A DNA stretch of 64,000 nucleotides from an uncultured Methanoregulaceae archaeon. Lineage in GTDB: Archaea > Halobacteriota > Methanomicrobia > Methanomicrobiales > Methanospirillaceae. Location of the stretch: positions 2,048,001 to 2,112,000 of the forward strand of contig CAVTTL010000001.1 of assembly GCA_963737635.1 (NCBI GenBank), given 5' to 3'. The stretch's first letter is position 1. Each line of letters begins with the position of its first letter. This document shows positions 19,417 to 29,985 of this stretch, in pieces. The position numbers were made by a program, and so were the translations under genes. The notes under the pieces were generated by a model, which saw nothing but the letters and a program-made list of their open reading frames with translations, made no database searches and had not been told where the DNA came from.

Positions 19417-19974
19417 TCAAAGTTCTATATGTATAATGCGGTTCGACAACATAATAATATTGCCCGCGACATCTACCGGGTTTTCACCGAATAGGTGGAT
19501 CGTTGAGGCATCGTGTGATGCGCCGCGATCCACGATCACTTCCGGCACTCCGTCTTTGCAGCAAGAAGCCACACCCCAGTCCAGCGTGCTGACGTCAGGG
19601 GGCTGCAGGCGCCGGTCAACGGTGCAGCATTCGAGGAACATATCCGCGAGGATATGACTTGCCTCATCAGTATACTGGATCGTTGCTGCGCATCGCATAT
19701 CCGGGTCGAATTTCGCTGCGGTTAGAACGATTTTTGCCATATTTTCATCAGCGCCAAATTCACAAGCACCTGCTGCCTTGACCATATTGTCCTGGACGAC
19801 AAATCTTCCCTTGACTGCGGCGACGCCGAAACTGTCCCGGGCACCCCTGATGGCATACCCCATGTTGGTGCCGGCAGCCGACACCAGGCTGGGAGCCATT
19901 GATTCTGTAAGGAGGTGTGCGGCATATGAGAGCTGGGCAAGGACGTCCTTTCTCTGCTGCTCCGGACTGATCAT
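19417..19974 (-). CDS. Thiamine-phosphate synthase ThiN-domain protein (stand-alone)
   Basis: GTNMGYA..VAAVKGR, FGA..AKIVL..DPDMRCAA, TLDWG and PEVIVDRG. Confidence 0.75.
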   Translation of the reverse strand: MISPEQQRKDVLAQLSYAAHLLTESMAPSLVSAAGTNMGYAIRGARDSFGVAAVKGRFVVQDNMVKAAGACEFGADENMAKIVLTAAKFDPDMRCAATIQYTDEASHILADMFLECCTVDRRLQPPDVSTLDWGVASCCKDGVPEVIVDRGASHDASTIHLFGENPVDVAGNIIMLSNRIIHIEL

Positions 19975-20027
19975 GATAATAGCACTTCTATTGATCCGGT
20001 TGGTTCTTATTCCCTTGCTGTCCTTGG

Positions 20028-20579
20028 TCAGCTAAGCCCAAGGTCTTCGCGTATCGCCATCAGGCCGCCGATTGCAAGAGAATAGAACTTCGGTAGAGAG
20101 AGAATCGGTTCAATGAGTACGATGCGATTCCAGTCACACCCAGCAGCAAAGGCCTTTTCTTTTGCCTGTTTTGTTACGGTCTTTGCAGTCACGTCAGAGA
20201 GCCTGCCGCCGTTTACAAGGGCGCAGGCGACACCGTCCGTATGCGCTATCGGATGCTTGTAGCGCGATATCGACAGGTCTTTCGTATGTTCCTGGAAAGA
20301 GAAGGTGGTGGTGCCGTTGTATAAATCCGGGCTAGATCGGGATCGACACCAACCCCCTATCAAGGGCTCCGCACCTTTCACACTATGCAGCTGCATGCCT
20401 CATGAATAAGTTCGAAATCGATATCGTGCAGGATACCAATCGCTTCCCACAATCCGGTATTCTCACCGAGCTGCGCGGCAAGAGATTTCATGACAGCACC
20501 AGTCGCCAGAAAGTGCTTTTTGAGCCCCGGTATCGTGAACATATGTATCAAGCAAAGCTATCGCAGCAGAGCGTTCCAT
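20028..20579 (-). pseudogene. HD-domain hydrolase (COG2316/HDIG type), about 5 frameshifts
   Basis: Stitched frames: MERSAAIALL..Q / KHFLATGAVMKSLA..WEAIGILHDIDFE / MQLHSVKGAE / GVDPDLARI / IQRHHH..VDIALQASDS / VACALV..KEKAFAAG..IREDLGL. Confidence 0.8.
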
Positions 20580-20667
20580 GGCAAGATATGTACCTTCCGG
20601 GACATCAGCGTAACAACTCATCTCACGGATATGCATATAACCGAACAAAGCCAAAATGGTCTGGATG

Positions 20668-20841
20668 GATGCACGACTGCTCGATGTTCTTATTGCAGTG
20701 ACGGGCTTTGTGATCCTTGTCATTCTTCTCGCTGTACTACCGCTGGTCATCAGCGCCGGCCCTGCTTACCTGATTGCCATTATTATCTTTATTGTATTCC
20801 TCTCTGGTGCCGGATACATGGTTAATGAGAAGATTGCCTAA
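20668..20841 (+). CDS. Small 2-TM membrane protein
   Basis: 57-aa hydrophobic ORF MDARLLDVLIAV..AGYMVNEKIA. Confidence 0.7.
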   Translation, partial: DARLLDVLIAVTGFVILVILLAVLPLVISAGPAYLIAIIIFIVFLSGAGYMVNEKIA

Positions 20842-20865
20842 ATACGTACGATAAAGAAATCCCTT

Positions 20866-21956
20866 TTAAGAACGGCTGGAATCGTTCGCAGGTTCCGGAT
20901 TTTTAATTCCGGTTACCGGTTTCCGGGGAACTTTGGCTTTTTTCACCTTGTAATAACTGAGGGGATGGCTGACCTTTTCGCAGAGTGCGTCGCGGTGAAC
21001 GCAGATGCCAGTTGTCTGCATCGCCGCGCACGCTGGTGTCGTATATTCGGTTCCCGTACCCCCGGCCGGTGATATGCTCGACTTGGTACATGGTCTTCTC
21101 AACATCGAAGTCCGGGGAACGGGCATAGAGCTCAGCGATCCCGGTCGCGTTCATACCGATATTATGGAGGAATGCCGTCAGCGAAAACCGACCGGCATGC
21201 GTAAGATTGGTGCCTGCAGCAAGTGCGGTGATGAGCGCCTGCATGCACGGTGGGAATGCGCTCTCTTCGACCTTCCCGAACTGCCGGAGCATCTGTTCCT
21301 GGTATACTTTCTTGATATCCGCTGCCCGGGGTGCAAGCTGTTCGCAGATATCCTTTGGAACCCTGTGCGGGAGATCGCGGCGCAGAAGTACGCGGACCCG
21401 CTCCCTGAGAAGATCGTAGCGTTCATTTTTGTTGATCGTCACATAACCACGCTCAACACGCCGGTTGATGAGCCGGTACCGGTCATCATGCAGGGGTGCA
21501 ACAAGCTCCACATAATCGGGAACCGGCATCCGGTCCTGTGCTATCCTGATGCCCATTTCATCGGCAATCGCTGCCCACAGCCGGGAATACTCCCCATCGT
21601 CCTGCACATAACTGTTGTTCCACTCTTCTTCGTTGACCAGAAAATAATACGCACGTTCAGCCTCGTACCGGGTAAGCCGATCGATGAGTCTGTTTATCAT
21701 TGATGCAGGAGACGATGATCCGTGCAAGAGCATATGCCGCAATCTCGTCTTCCGGTGAATCGCACACTTCCGGTGTTCGGCTCTTTTTCTGGGATATTGC
21801 CTCCTGTATCCGGGCAACTGCATAGGAGATCAGGGTTTGGCCTTTCTGCGTGCCAAGAAGCGTACCGAGCGAGGCAAACCGGGATCTGATGGGACCCTGT
21901 GCTTTTTTTAAAAACGGGAAATGGGAAAGTTCCTTGCCGGAAGGCACAAACTCCAT
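20866..21956 (-). CDS. priL: DNA primase large subunit, interrupted by two frameshifts (~21690, ~21060)
   Basis: FPFLKKA..AYALARIIVS / LIDRLTRYEAER..FPPCM..NLTHAGRF..YQVEHI / EYTTPAC..C..C..HPLSYY, which supplies the Fe-S cysteines. Confidence 0.92.
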
Positions 21957-22701
21957 TCAGTCAGCCTCAATCCGGGGCGCAAGCAGGTACTCCACGTGCC
22001 CGTTGCCACCTGCAATATCGAAGGAAAACCGGACAGGGTGATCTACGCCAAGACAAACCTCGACTTCGGGAGCCCGCGACATCACCTTGCCCATATCCCT
22101 GAGATAGTCAAGGGAGAAAAGGGAGCGTGCCTCGACCGGGGAAAGCGATTTCAGCTCGATCTTTGCCGAACTCACGCTGGATATGATCGGTGTCCCCTTC
22201 GGCGACCATATAAAATGTCTGATCCTTGGGGTTAATGCCCATGGCTATCTTATCCGAGATTACTGCGGCTGCCTTTATCGCGTTGTTGAGATCCTCACCG
22301 GAGATCACAACCTTTCCCGGAAGATTGATCGTCGGAGAATTAGGATCTTTTCGTATCGTGTTTGTGTCCAGGAGAGTGATCGAGTAATGGTAACCGTGGA
22401 CGCTGACGGCCATTTTCTGGGCGTTGTCCGCTAGCTCAAGGCTGATGAGGTCGCCCTTCCCACCCATGTTGAAAATGTTTTTCATCTTCTGGATGTCGAC
22501 ACCCAGTTCACTTTTGGTTGCCTTGAAAGTATCAAACGCTTCCTTTTTGAGCGTGAAACCAATCATCGCGACATTGGCGGTGTCTACGGCCCGGGTGGAG
22601 ATGCCATCTTCCGCTGTGTGCAGCCGGCATTCAGGAACAAGTGCCGAGATCGCTTCAATGGCTTCCCGGAATATCTCCGCGTCAATGGTTGCTTTTAACA
22701 T
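21957..22701 (-). CDS. pcn: DNA polymerase sliding clamp PCNA, one frameshift (~22157)
   Basis: MLKATID..AVDTANVAM..AEGDTD continues as SLFSLDYL..DHPV..YLLAPRIE. Confidence 0.95.
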
Positions 22702-22792
22702 CTCTTTCCCCTTAACAACTGTCTTATACAGTATATCATCATACTTTAATTATAGCGTTTTGGGTCGTTTTAGGCCTTTTGGGTGATTTGGC

Positions 22793-23374
22793 ATGGGTTC
22801 GCAATGGTCGCGGGACAAGGTGTATATCCGGGCAAGACACGAAGGGTTCCGTTCCAGAGCTTCTTTTAAACTCATCGAAATCCAGGAGAAATTTGCCATT
22901 ATCCGCCGGGACGACAATATAATCGATCTGGGCGCTGCCCCGGGGAGCTGGCTCCAAGTGCTTCGCACACTTACCGACGGAAGAGTTCTCGGGATCGACA
23001 TAAACCCCATCGCGGTGCTCGATGGCATCGAGACAATCGAAGGAGATCTAACCGAGCCGGCCATCCAACAGCGGGCACAGGAGATGCTTGGCACCGTCAG
23101 CGTCGTTGTATGCGATGCCTCCCCAAAACTCTCGGGCCACAAGAGTTACGATCAGGCTAGAGCCATTGCTTTAGGAGAAGAGGCTCTCGGGTTTGCCTGT
23201 AACGTATTAAAATCCGGGGGTAACTTTGTGATCAAGTCATTTCAAGGCGCGGACTTTCCGGAACTGCTGGCCATGGTACGTGAACACTTTCATTCAGTGA
23301 AGACTTTTTCCACGAAATCGTCCCGTAAGGGGAGTACGGAAATTTATATTATCGCAAAGAACTTCAAAGGCTGA
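22793..23374 (+). CDS. rlmE: 23S rRNA Um2552 methyltransferase (RlmE/FtsJ)
   Basis: FRSRASFKL, DLGAAPGSW, VCDASP and SSRKGSTEIY. Confidence 0.94.
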   Translation: MGSQWSRDKVYIRARHEGFRSRASFKLIEIQEKFAIIRRDDNIIDLGAAPGSWLQVLRTLTDGRVLGIDINPIAVLDGIETIEGDLTEPAIQQRAQEMLGTVSVVVCDASPKLSGHKSYDQARAIALGEEALGFACNVLKSGGNFVIKSFQGADFPELLAMVREHFHSVKTFSTKSSRKGSTEIYIIAKNFKG

Positions 23375-23380
23375 AATAAG

Positions 23381-24271
23381 ATGCCCGCAACCGCGACGCT
23401 CAAGGATTCCTACGGACGACCGGTGACTAATCTTCGCATCAGCCTGACGTCTCGCTGCAACCTTTCCTGTATTTACTGCCACGCCGAAGGAGAGAAGAAC
23501 CCGGATGCGGAGATGAGCGCAGAAGAGATCATTGAGATAATGAATGTTGCGGCAAAATTCGGGATCCGCAGTATCAAATTCACTGGAGGAGAACCACTCC
23601 TCCGGCCAGACATTCTCGATATAATCCGGGCTGTTCCCCCGGGAATCGAATCATCTGTCACAACCAACGGCATCCTTCTTGGGAATATGGCAGAGCCACT
23701 CAAACGCGCCGGGCTTCGCCGGGTCAACGTCAGCCTTGACAGCCTGAATCCTGATACCTACAAGCGGATCACAGGAAGCGACCGGTTGAGCGATGTACTT
23801 GCGGGGATCGATGCGGCGCTTAAAGCCGGCCTTACCCCGGTCAAACTTAACATGGTTGTCCTTTACGGGATCAATGACGACGAGATTGACGACTTTATCA
23901 GGTACGTGAGGGGTAATCGGCATCTTGTCCTCCAGCTCATCGAGCTGATGCAATTCAACGATTGCAAATACCATGGCGATCTGCAGGGTGTTGAAGCCAT
24001 GCTTGCCTCGCGCTCCAGCCAGGTCCTCACGCGCAGGATGCACCACCGGAAAAAATACTGTCTTGACGGCGCCGAAGTCGAGATTGTGCGCCCGCTGCAT
24101 AACACCGAGTTTTGCGCATACTGTAACCGGCTCCGGGTAACTTCAGATGGGAAACTCAAACCCTGTCTCCTGCGGACGGACAACCATATCATGATCAGGG
24201 GTAAAAAGGGTGCGGAACTCGAAGGGTTGTTCCGGCAGGCTGTCGAACAACGGGAGCCATTTTTCAAATGA
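23381..24271 (+). CDS. moaA: GTP 3',8-cyclase
   Basis: LRISLTSRCNLSCIYCH, FTGGEP and FCAYCNRLRVTSDGKLKPCL. Confidence 0.96.
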   Translation: MPATATLKDSYGRPVTNLRISLTSRCNLSCIYCHAEGEKNPDAEMSAEEIIEIMNVAAKFGIRSIKFTGGEPLLRPDILDIIRAVPPGIESSVTTNGILLGNMAEPLKRAGLRRVNVSLDSLNPDTYKRITGSDRLSDVLAGIDAALKAGLTPVKLNMVVLYGINDDEIDDFIRYVRGNRHLVLQLIELMQFNDCKYHGDLQGVEAMLASRSSQVLTRRMHHRKKYCLDGAEVEIVRPLHNTEFCAYCNRLRVTSDGKLKPCLLRTDNHIMIRGKKGAELEGLFRQAVEQREPFFK

Positions 24272-24369
24272 ATTCATAATCCGTGTATTCCGGGACTTAA
24301 TTAGAAACATTCCTGATCTATGGACATTTAAGGGGTTTTATTTACGATTCCTGCATACACTAGGATCAT

Positions 24370-24879
24370 ATGACTTCAGACAATGAGTACCTCCATGTCC
24401 TCACCCATCTTTACGAAAAATCGCTGATCCTTCATGACACGTCTCTCTTTGAAAAAACCCTGTATTTCTATTTTCTTGACTCTCTTGCCCACATTGATTA
24501 CACCTGCAGCATTTATGCGTTCAACTACCAGTCGCCGAAAAATATTATGGGCGCAGAGTATATGCGCTGGCGAATCGATGAGGAAAAGAAGGGAGATCGC
24601 GCGCATTTCCCTGCATTTATCGTTTGGCTTCGGGATAACCATCCGGAGAAATTTGCAAAAGTGCCTTCGCTCTGGCAGATGATTTATGACCCTGAAGACC
24701 CTGCCAGTTACCGGAGCTTCCGGATCGTTCTTGATCCGGACAGCAAACAAGCTATACCGACAAACTTCTTCTTCGTTACTATAGACGAATTTTTCGAACA
24801 GGAGTTCCTGAAAAGCCTGTACGAGGAAGCTTCGCTTTCCCGGCTCTTCTCTGAATTCCTCGCACAGAAAAAAGCCTGA
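24370..24879 (+). CDS. Hypothetical protein
   Basis: 169-aa ORF with coding-like composition filling the intergenic gap; no family recognised. Confidence 0.7.
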   Translation: MTSDNEYLHVLTHLYEKSLILHDTSLFEKTLYFYFLDSLAHIDYTCSIYAFNYQSPKNIMGAEYMRWRIDEEKKGDRAHFPAFIVWLRDNHPEKFAKVPSLWQMIYDPEDPASYRSFRIVLDPDSKQAIPTNFFFVTIDEFFEQEFLKSLYEEASLSRLFSEFLAQKKA

Positions 24880-24906
24880 TTGGCAGGGAAAAGTGAACCT
24901 CCGGAA

Positions 24907-26100
24907 ATGCAGCCCCAGAAGATCTGTTCGGACCTCGTGGCCATAAGAAGTGAGAATCCCCCGGGCGATACCTCAGACGTTATCGAATATATCCGGAACT
25001 TCCTCGACGCCCGGGGAATCGGGTCGCAGGTCTCTGGTACCTCAGGGGGAAGGTGCAACCTAGTGACAATGGGGAGACCACGACCGCTCCTTCTCTGCGG
25101 CCACGTGGACGTTGTTCCTGCTCTCGATGAGGGATGGACATATCCTCCATTTTCCGGCATTGTACGGGACGGCTATATCTGGGGTAGGGGATCAAGCGAT
25201 ATGAAAGGCGGATGCGCCGCAATCTTATCAGCGTGCGATACCCTCGCAGAACTGGATGACCCCCTGCCGGCGACCATCGCTTTTGTCTGCGACGAAGAGA
25301 CCGGAGGTGAGAATGGGATTCGTTACCTGCTCGAAAAAAAACTCATCACTCCCTGCGACTGCCTGGTTGCCGAGCCAACACCAGCCCTGCACCCATGTAT
25401 CGGCCAGAAAGGGCTCTGTCGGCTGGAACTAAAATTCACTGGCACGCCCGGCCATGGTTCATTGTATCCCATTGTTGGCATAAGTGCAGTGATGGAAGCA
25501 ATGCGTCTGCTCGATTATGTTAAAGGCCTTCACGAGCAGACTTTTCCGATGGATAAGAAACTTCACGAGATGGTCCGAAACTCCACCCGGGTCTTTGCCG
25601 AAGAATTCCGGATCGAAAAGGGCAGCGAGATCCTTGAACGGATCACGTTTAACCCGGGTGTGATAACCGGCGGGGAAAAGGTCAATATCGTTGCCCAGCG
25701 TTGCAATCTCGATCTCGAAATGCGTATTCCGTGGGGATGCAACATCCAAGAACTGGTTCATGGGATTAAGGCGCACGCGCCTCACGGTACAATCGTGAAG
25801 GAATTACTGCATGACCCCTCCCTCACGGATCCCTTGTGTGATTTCGTATCCCTGGTGTGCCGTGAGGTAGAAAAGGTGCAGGGGAGACCGGTATCTCCTA
25901 TTCTCCAATGGGCCGCAAGCGATGCCCGTCACCTGCGATCTGTCGGCTTCCGGGTGATTGAATATGGTCCGGGCGAACTTACCACGTTGCATGGCACCAA
26001 TGAACGGGTCGCAGTGACCTCGCTTGAGAAAGCTGCTGCCATCTACGTTGGAATCATGCAGACATATATGGCTCAGGGTAGCCGGCTGCGTGCATATTAG
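24907..26100 (+). CDS. M20 family deacylase (ArgE/DapE-like)
   Basis: CGHVDVV, GRGSSDMKGG, DEETGG, AEPT, GHGS and SDARH..HGTNE. Confidence 0.9.
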   Translation: MQPQKICSDLVAIRSENPPGDTSDVIEYIRNFLDARGIGSQVSGTSGGRCNLVTMGRPRPLLLCGHVDVVPALDEGWTYPPFSGIVRDGYIWGRGSSDMKGGCAAILSACDTLAELDDPLPATIAFVCDEETGGENGIRYLLEKKLITPCDCLVAEPTPALHPCIGQKGLCRLELKFTGTPGHGSLYPIVGISAVMEAMRLLDYVKGLHEQTFPMDKKLHEMVRNSTRVFAEEFRIEKGSEILERITFNPGVITGGEKVNIVAQRCNLDLEMRIPWGCNIQELVHGIKAHAPHGTIVKELLHDPSLTDPLCDFVSLVCREVEKVQGRPVSPILQWAASDARHLRSVGFRVIEYGPGELTTLHGTNERVAVTSLEKAAAIYVGIMQTYMAQGSRLRAY

Positions 26101-26157
26101 TGGGATTCTCGGGAAAATAACGAACCCGGATGTTGTTTCACCGGATTTATCCGGTGT

Positions 26158-27162
26158 CTACCGGGTCTTTCCTTTCCCTGTGAGGCCAAGAATCACTGCG
26201 GCCGCTGCAAGCCCGGCAAGGGCAGGAAACAGTGACAAGGGTGAAAACGTAGTCTTTGTTGTAACCGTCGCCACTACTGTGGTCATCTGGGATGTTGTGG
26301 TTGTCGGGACAGGCAGCGGTGGAATAACAGTAAGCGTTGCTGCGACCTGAGTGGGGGTCACGGTTGTTGGCGCAACTCCCCCGAGATACCATGGGGCCAT
26401 TGTCGGAGTCGGTGTATTTGTACCACTAACAACCTGACCCTTTCCCATTGCGGCCTGCTTGTTTATCTGGGCCGCGGTATAGTTTGGGTTCAGGCTGAGC
26501 GCAGTGTTAAAGCAGTCGACTGCGTCCTGGTACCTGCCGAGAGCCGCAAGCGCTTCTCCTTTATTATTCCAGATCTCGGCATTGTTTACCGTCATGGTGG
26601 TTGCCGTATTGAATGCGTTGAGGGCAGCCGAGTACTGGCCGTTGGCCATATACAGAAGACCGATCTGATTATAGACCAGCGGGTTAGTCTGATTGAGATT
26701 TGTGCACTGAGTATATGCCGTGAGCGCCTGGGTGGACTCGTTTTCCTGGACATACGAATAGGCAAGGTTGCAGTAAGCAGAGTACTGGTTGTAAACAATT
26801 GATGTGTAATTAAGATAGGCCCCGATGGCATCGTTATATTGGCCGAGATAAAAAAGGGCGTCTGCACGTGCACCTAAAGCAGTTGGGCTAGACCGTATGG
26901 CAAGAGCCTGGTTAGCTTCAGAGAGTGCCGCAGAGTACTGGCCGAGGACATTGAGCGCGACCGCATCTCCGGCCATCGCCATATCGTACCCGGGATTGAG
27001 CGCGATCGCGTTGTTATAATAAGTAACTGCATCCGTATAATCCCCGTTCGCTGCAGCGTTCTGGGCTTTTGTGTACCACTCGGTAGCATCCTCAGCGGTC
27101 ACAGCGGGGATGAGAAAGATGACAATTAGAATCAATATGACTATTTTTGCGCTCATCTGCAT
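26158..27162 (-). CDS. Secreted TPR-repeat surface protein with Thr/Pro-rich linker and C-terminal anchor
   Basis: Signal peptide, about 6 TPRs, T/P-rich tail, then FSPL-TM-GKGKTR. Confidence 0.85.
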   Translation of the reverse strand: MQMSAKIVILILIVIFLIPAVTAEDATEWYTKAQNAAANGDYTDAVTYYNNAIALNPGYDMAMAGDAVALNVLGQYSAALSEANQALAIRSSPTALGARADALFYLGQYNDAIGAYLNYTSIVYNQYSAYCNLAYSYVQENESTQALTAYTQCTNLNQTNPLVYNQIGLLYMANGQYSAALNAFNTATTMTVNNAEIWNNKGEALAALGRYQDAVDCFNTALSLNPNYTAAQINKQAAMGKGQVVSGTNTPTPTMAPWYLGGVAPTTVTPTQVAATLTVIPPLPVPTTTTSQMTTVVATVTTKTTFSPLSLFPALAGLAAAAVILGLTGKGKTR

Positions 27163-27276
27163 ATCCGAAAATCTCTTTTAAAACAGATGAATCTATTGAT
27201 TCGAAATCAACATTGCGAAGAGTCTTTGTTTATTTGAAAACAAAAATGCTACTATTGCTGGAACAGCAGCAGACAT

Positions 27277-27819
27277 ATGTGCACTGATTTCAAGCTGCTT
27301 CTGCTATTCCCCGTGGATTGTCTTTGGCCTGATCAGCGGATCAACGCTTGAGGGCCTCAATGTCGCCCTGCTTGCTGCCCTTATATTAACGCTTCTGACC
27401 AGTTATTATGACCTTCTGAAAAAGTATGTTTAAGCTGGGTTACCCTTATTTTTTTATCTTTAGCTGCGTGACCATCATTCTCCTTCATGTAAATCTTCTT
27501 ATCCTCTACCTCAGTAGCCTCTCGATGGCTGCCCTTTCGCTCATCTGCCAGGATACGGTGGCCTTAAAAAAGTCCTTCACCTTGCAGTACGCCCGGGGAG
27601 GGGCTGATCCGGCGCTTGTGGCAAGTGCGCCGTTTATCCAGGCAAATTATATTATCACTGGTATGTGGGAAGCATTTTGTCGTAAACATGTGCGTCGCTA
27701 TTGCAGTCTTTTACATTCCGTACCTGCAGAAATCCGGGATACGCGAATTCACATGGCTGACCATTTTGATCGGACTCGCGTTCACGTTCTGGTATCCCGC
27801 TCAAATTCCCATAAACTGA
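27277..27819 (+). pseudogene. Decayed multi-TM membrane protein (4 or more breaks)
   Basis: Stitched: MCTDFKLLLLF / PWIVFGLISG..KKYV* / SWVTLI / FIFSCV..SFTLQYAR..FIQANYIITGMW / FVVNM..FTFWYP. Confidence 0.65.
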
Positions 27820-28034
27820 CGTGCTCCCACGACTTTTCTCAAGTTCCCTAATAAAACGTGTCACAAATTTCATCGATGCTACGTAATTAAGGCCGCCAGC
27901 CTTTTGCCAAACTCTCGCGGGCTGCATTCCTTTCACTTCAGTCCATACCCCGGAAAAAGATCCTTTGCCGTATACAAATGTGTTTATACCTCTTTGGAAG
28001 ACTACCCAGTATCGAACTTGATGGATTGAGTGAT

Positions 28035-28847
28035 ATGGCAGAAGAAGAAAATCATGCCGCGGACATGGGCAAGACAGCCGGTGTCCGGAAAAGGGAAAAA
28101 GGGATGCGGGTCGTTATCACCGGGAAGGGAGGTGCCGGCAAGACTACACTCACGGCGCTCCTTGCCAACCTGTTTGCACAGGAGGGAAAATGTGTCCTTG
28201 CAATTGACGGCGATCCCCGGCAGCACCTTGCAGCGGCGCTTGGGATACTCCCCTCCACGGCGACAGGCATTGTCCCGGTAACGGGGGGTGCCAGCGACCA
28301 TCAGGAGGCCCGGGATATCGTCGATCGGTTCTCGGTGCCGGCTGGTAGGAATGTCCGTCTCGTGGTCACAGGAGGCACAAAAGAAGATGAAGAGGGCCGC
28401 CTCTGTCCGGGATATACCCTGCTTGCGGCACTTCTTCGGAACCTAAAGGCCAATAATAATGAGGTCATTATTCTCGATACGCCTGCTGGTCTCGAACACT
28501 TCGGAAAGGCGGTTGTAGAAGGGGTCACCTGCGCGGTGGTCGTAACTGATCACTCGTATAACGCAGTTTCCGTTGCCCGGAAATCGGCGGCTCTCGCCCG
28601 GCAGCTAGGGATCGGAAATGTCATTCTTGTCATCAACCGGGCGCAGAATGAGACCGGGATTCGCAATACTTGCGGAAGCGAGGGAGGCATTGCAGAGTTC
28701 TCGCAGACTATTGTCCTTCCGTTCGAACCCGGGGCCAACCTGAAAGAATCCCTGACTGACAGCACTTCGGTTTTTACAAAAGGTGTCAGTACCTTGATGG
28801 CGGCAATTGCTGGCCGGTGTGAAAGCTGGTCGCCTCCCATTCGCTAA
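28035..28847 (+). CDS. CooC/AcsF-like MinD-family ATPase (degenerate metal motif)
   Basis: ITGKGGAGKTT, AIDGDP and LDTPAGLEHFG; GRLCP where CooC has GCxCP. Confidence 0.78.
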   Translation: MAEEENHAADMGKTAGVRKREKGMRVVITGKGGAGKTTLTALLANLFAQEGKCVLAIDGDPRQHLAAALGILPSTATGIVPVTGGASDHQEARDIVDRFSVPAGRNVRLVVTGGTKEDEEGRLCPGYTLLAALLRNLKANNNEVIILDTPAGLEHFGKAVVEGVTCAVVVTDHSYNAVSVARKSAALARQLGIGNVILVINRAQNETGIRNTCGSEGGIAEFSQTIVLPFEPGANLKESLTDSTSVFTKGVSTLMAAIAGRCESWSPPIR

Positions 28848-29004
28848 AAAATTCATCGGGCGGGAATGTTTCCTGCGGCTGAAGTGGATTCGGCAGGAGA
28901 CTAATCAAGTGCAAAGGTTTTCCATCTTCCGCAACCATTCGTGACCTGCTTGTTTATGGCAGACGAAAACCAACACTTGTTACCAAAATATTGGACTACA
29001 GTTG

Positions 29005-29889
29005 ATGAAACAGCCCGATCCTCCCCAGGCCCACCGCGCGGTATTCTCAGTTTCCACGCTTTCCCCCCGGTTCCCTGTATCTTATGAAGTTCAGGCCGGG
29101 GCACTCTGGATCCTTGTTGCCGGCCAAGGCATCGCAATTCAAGATGGCGACATCCCCCAGATCTTTTCGCAGACTCTACCGGATATTCATTTAGCCGGCC
29201 CTGTCGAATACCTCGGCCACCGGGGTGAGATCCCTTGCTATGCCGCAGGACTTGACGATGGCGCTCCGCTCCCTGAGGGCAGGGTTTTCGCGGGTCTTCG
29301 TGAGCTCTACGGTAGGATACCGGATGAGGATCTCGCTGTTGCATCTTTTGCGGTCCGGATGGTGGGGTCGGCAGCAACGAGCCGTTTCTGCGGCCGTTGT
29401 GGGCACGAGACCGAACCGGTCCCTTCCGAGCGGGCAAAGAGATGCCCGGAGTGCGGACTGGTAATCTATCCGCGCATTTCCCCGGCAGTTATTGTCCTTA
29501 TTATGCGGGGCGAAGAGATTCTGCTCGCCCACTCCCCCCGCTTTCCAGCCGGGATGCAAAGTGTTATCGCCGGTTTTGTAGAACCGGGAGAAACACTCGA
29601 AGATGCCGTTCGTCGCGAGGTACGGGAAGAAGTCGGTATTGTCATACAGAATATCCGTTATTTTGCAAGTGAACCTTGGCCGTTTCCCGATTCTCTCATG
29701 ATCGCGTTCGTTGCTGATTATGCGTCCGGTGAGATTACCATTGATAACAACGAAATCGTTGCGGCTGGCTGGTACAAACAGGATAATCTGCCGGTGCTTC
29801 CTGCACCGATGAGCATATCCCGGGCGCTCATCGACCGGTGGATACGAGGCGAAAGATTCGAGTCTTTGAATCAGGAGAAATACCCGTAG
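29005..29889 (+). CDS. nudC: NAD(H) diphosphatase NudC
   Basis: FCGRCG..CPECG..YPRISPAV, Nudix box GFVEPGETLEDAVRREVREEVG and SEPWPFPDSLM. Confidence 0.93.
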   Translation: MKQPDPPQAHRAVFSVSTLSPRFPVSYEVQAGALWILVAGQGIAIQDGDIPQIFSQTLPDIHLAGPVEYLGHRGEIPCYAAGLDDGAPLPEGRVFAGLRELYGRIPDEDLAVASFAVRMVGSAATSRFCGRCGHETEPVPSERAKRCPECGLVIYPRISPAVIVLIMRGEEILLAHSPRFPAGMQSVIAGFVEPGETLEDAVRREVREEVGIVIQNIRYFASEPWPFPDSLMIAFVADYASGEITIDNNEIVAAGWYKQDNLPVLPAPMSISRALIDRWIRGERFESLNQEKYP

Positions 29890-29985
29890 TCACGGGATGT
29901 TTCCGGGCGCTGCAGCCGATAGGCAGAACCGCAGGCGATATAAACATAGATATAATATAAAGCCTTTAAATTCTGTTAGAGAGCA

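Noticed and set aside
20028-20396. 122-aa hypothetical ORF
   Set aside because: Only a mosaic of frames from the HD-domain pseudogene.
20866-22701. priL and PCNA as pseudogenes or programmed frameshifts
   Set aside because: Essential genes, otherwise conserved, with no slippery heptamers; sequencing error is more parsimonious.
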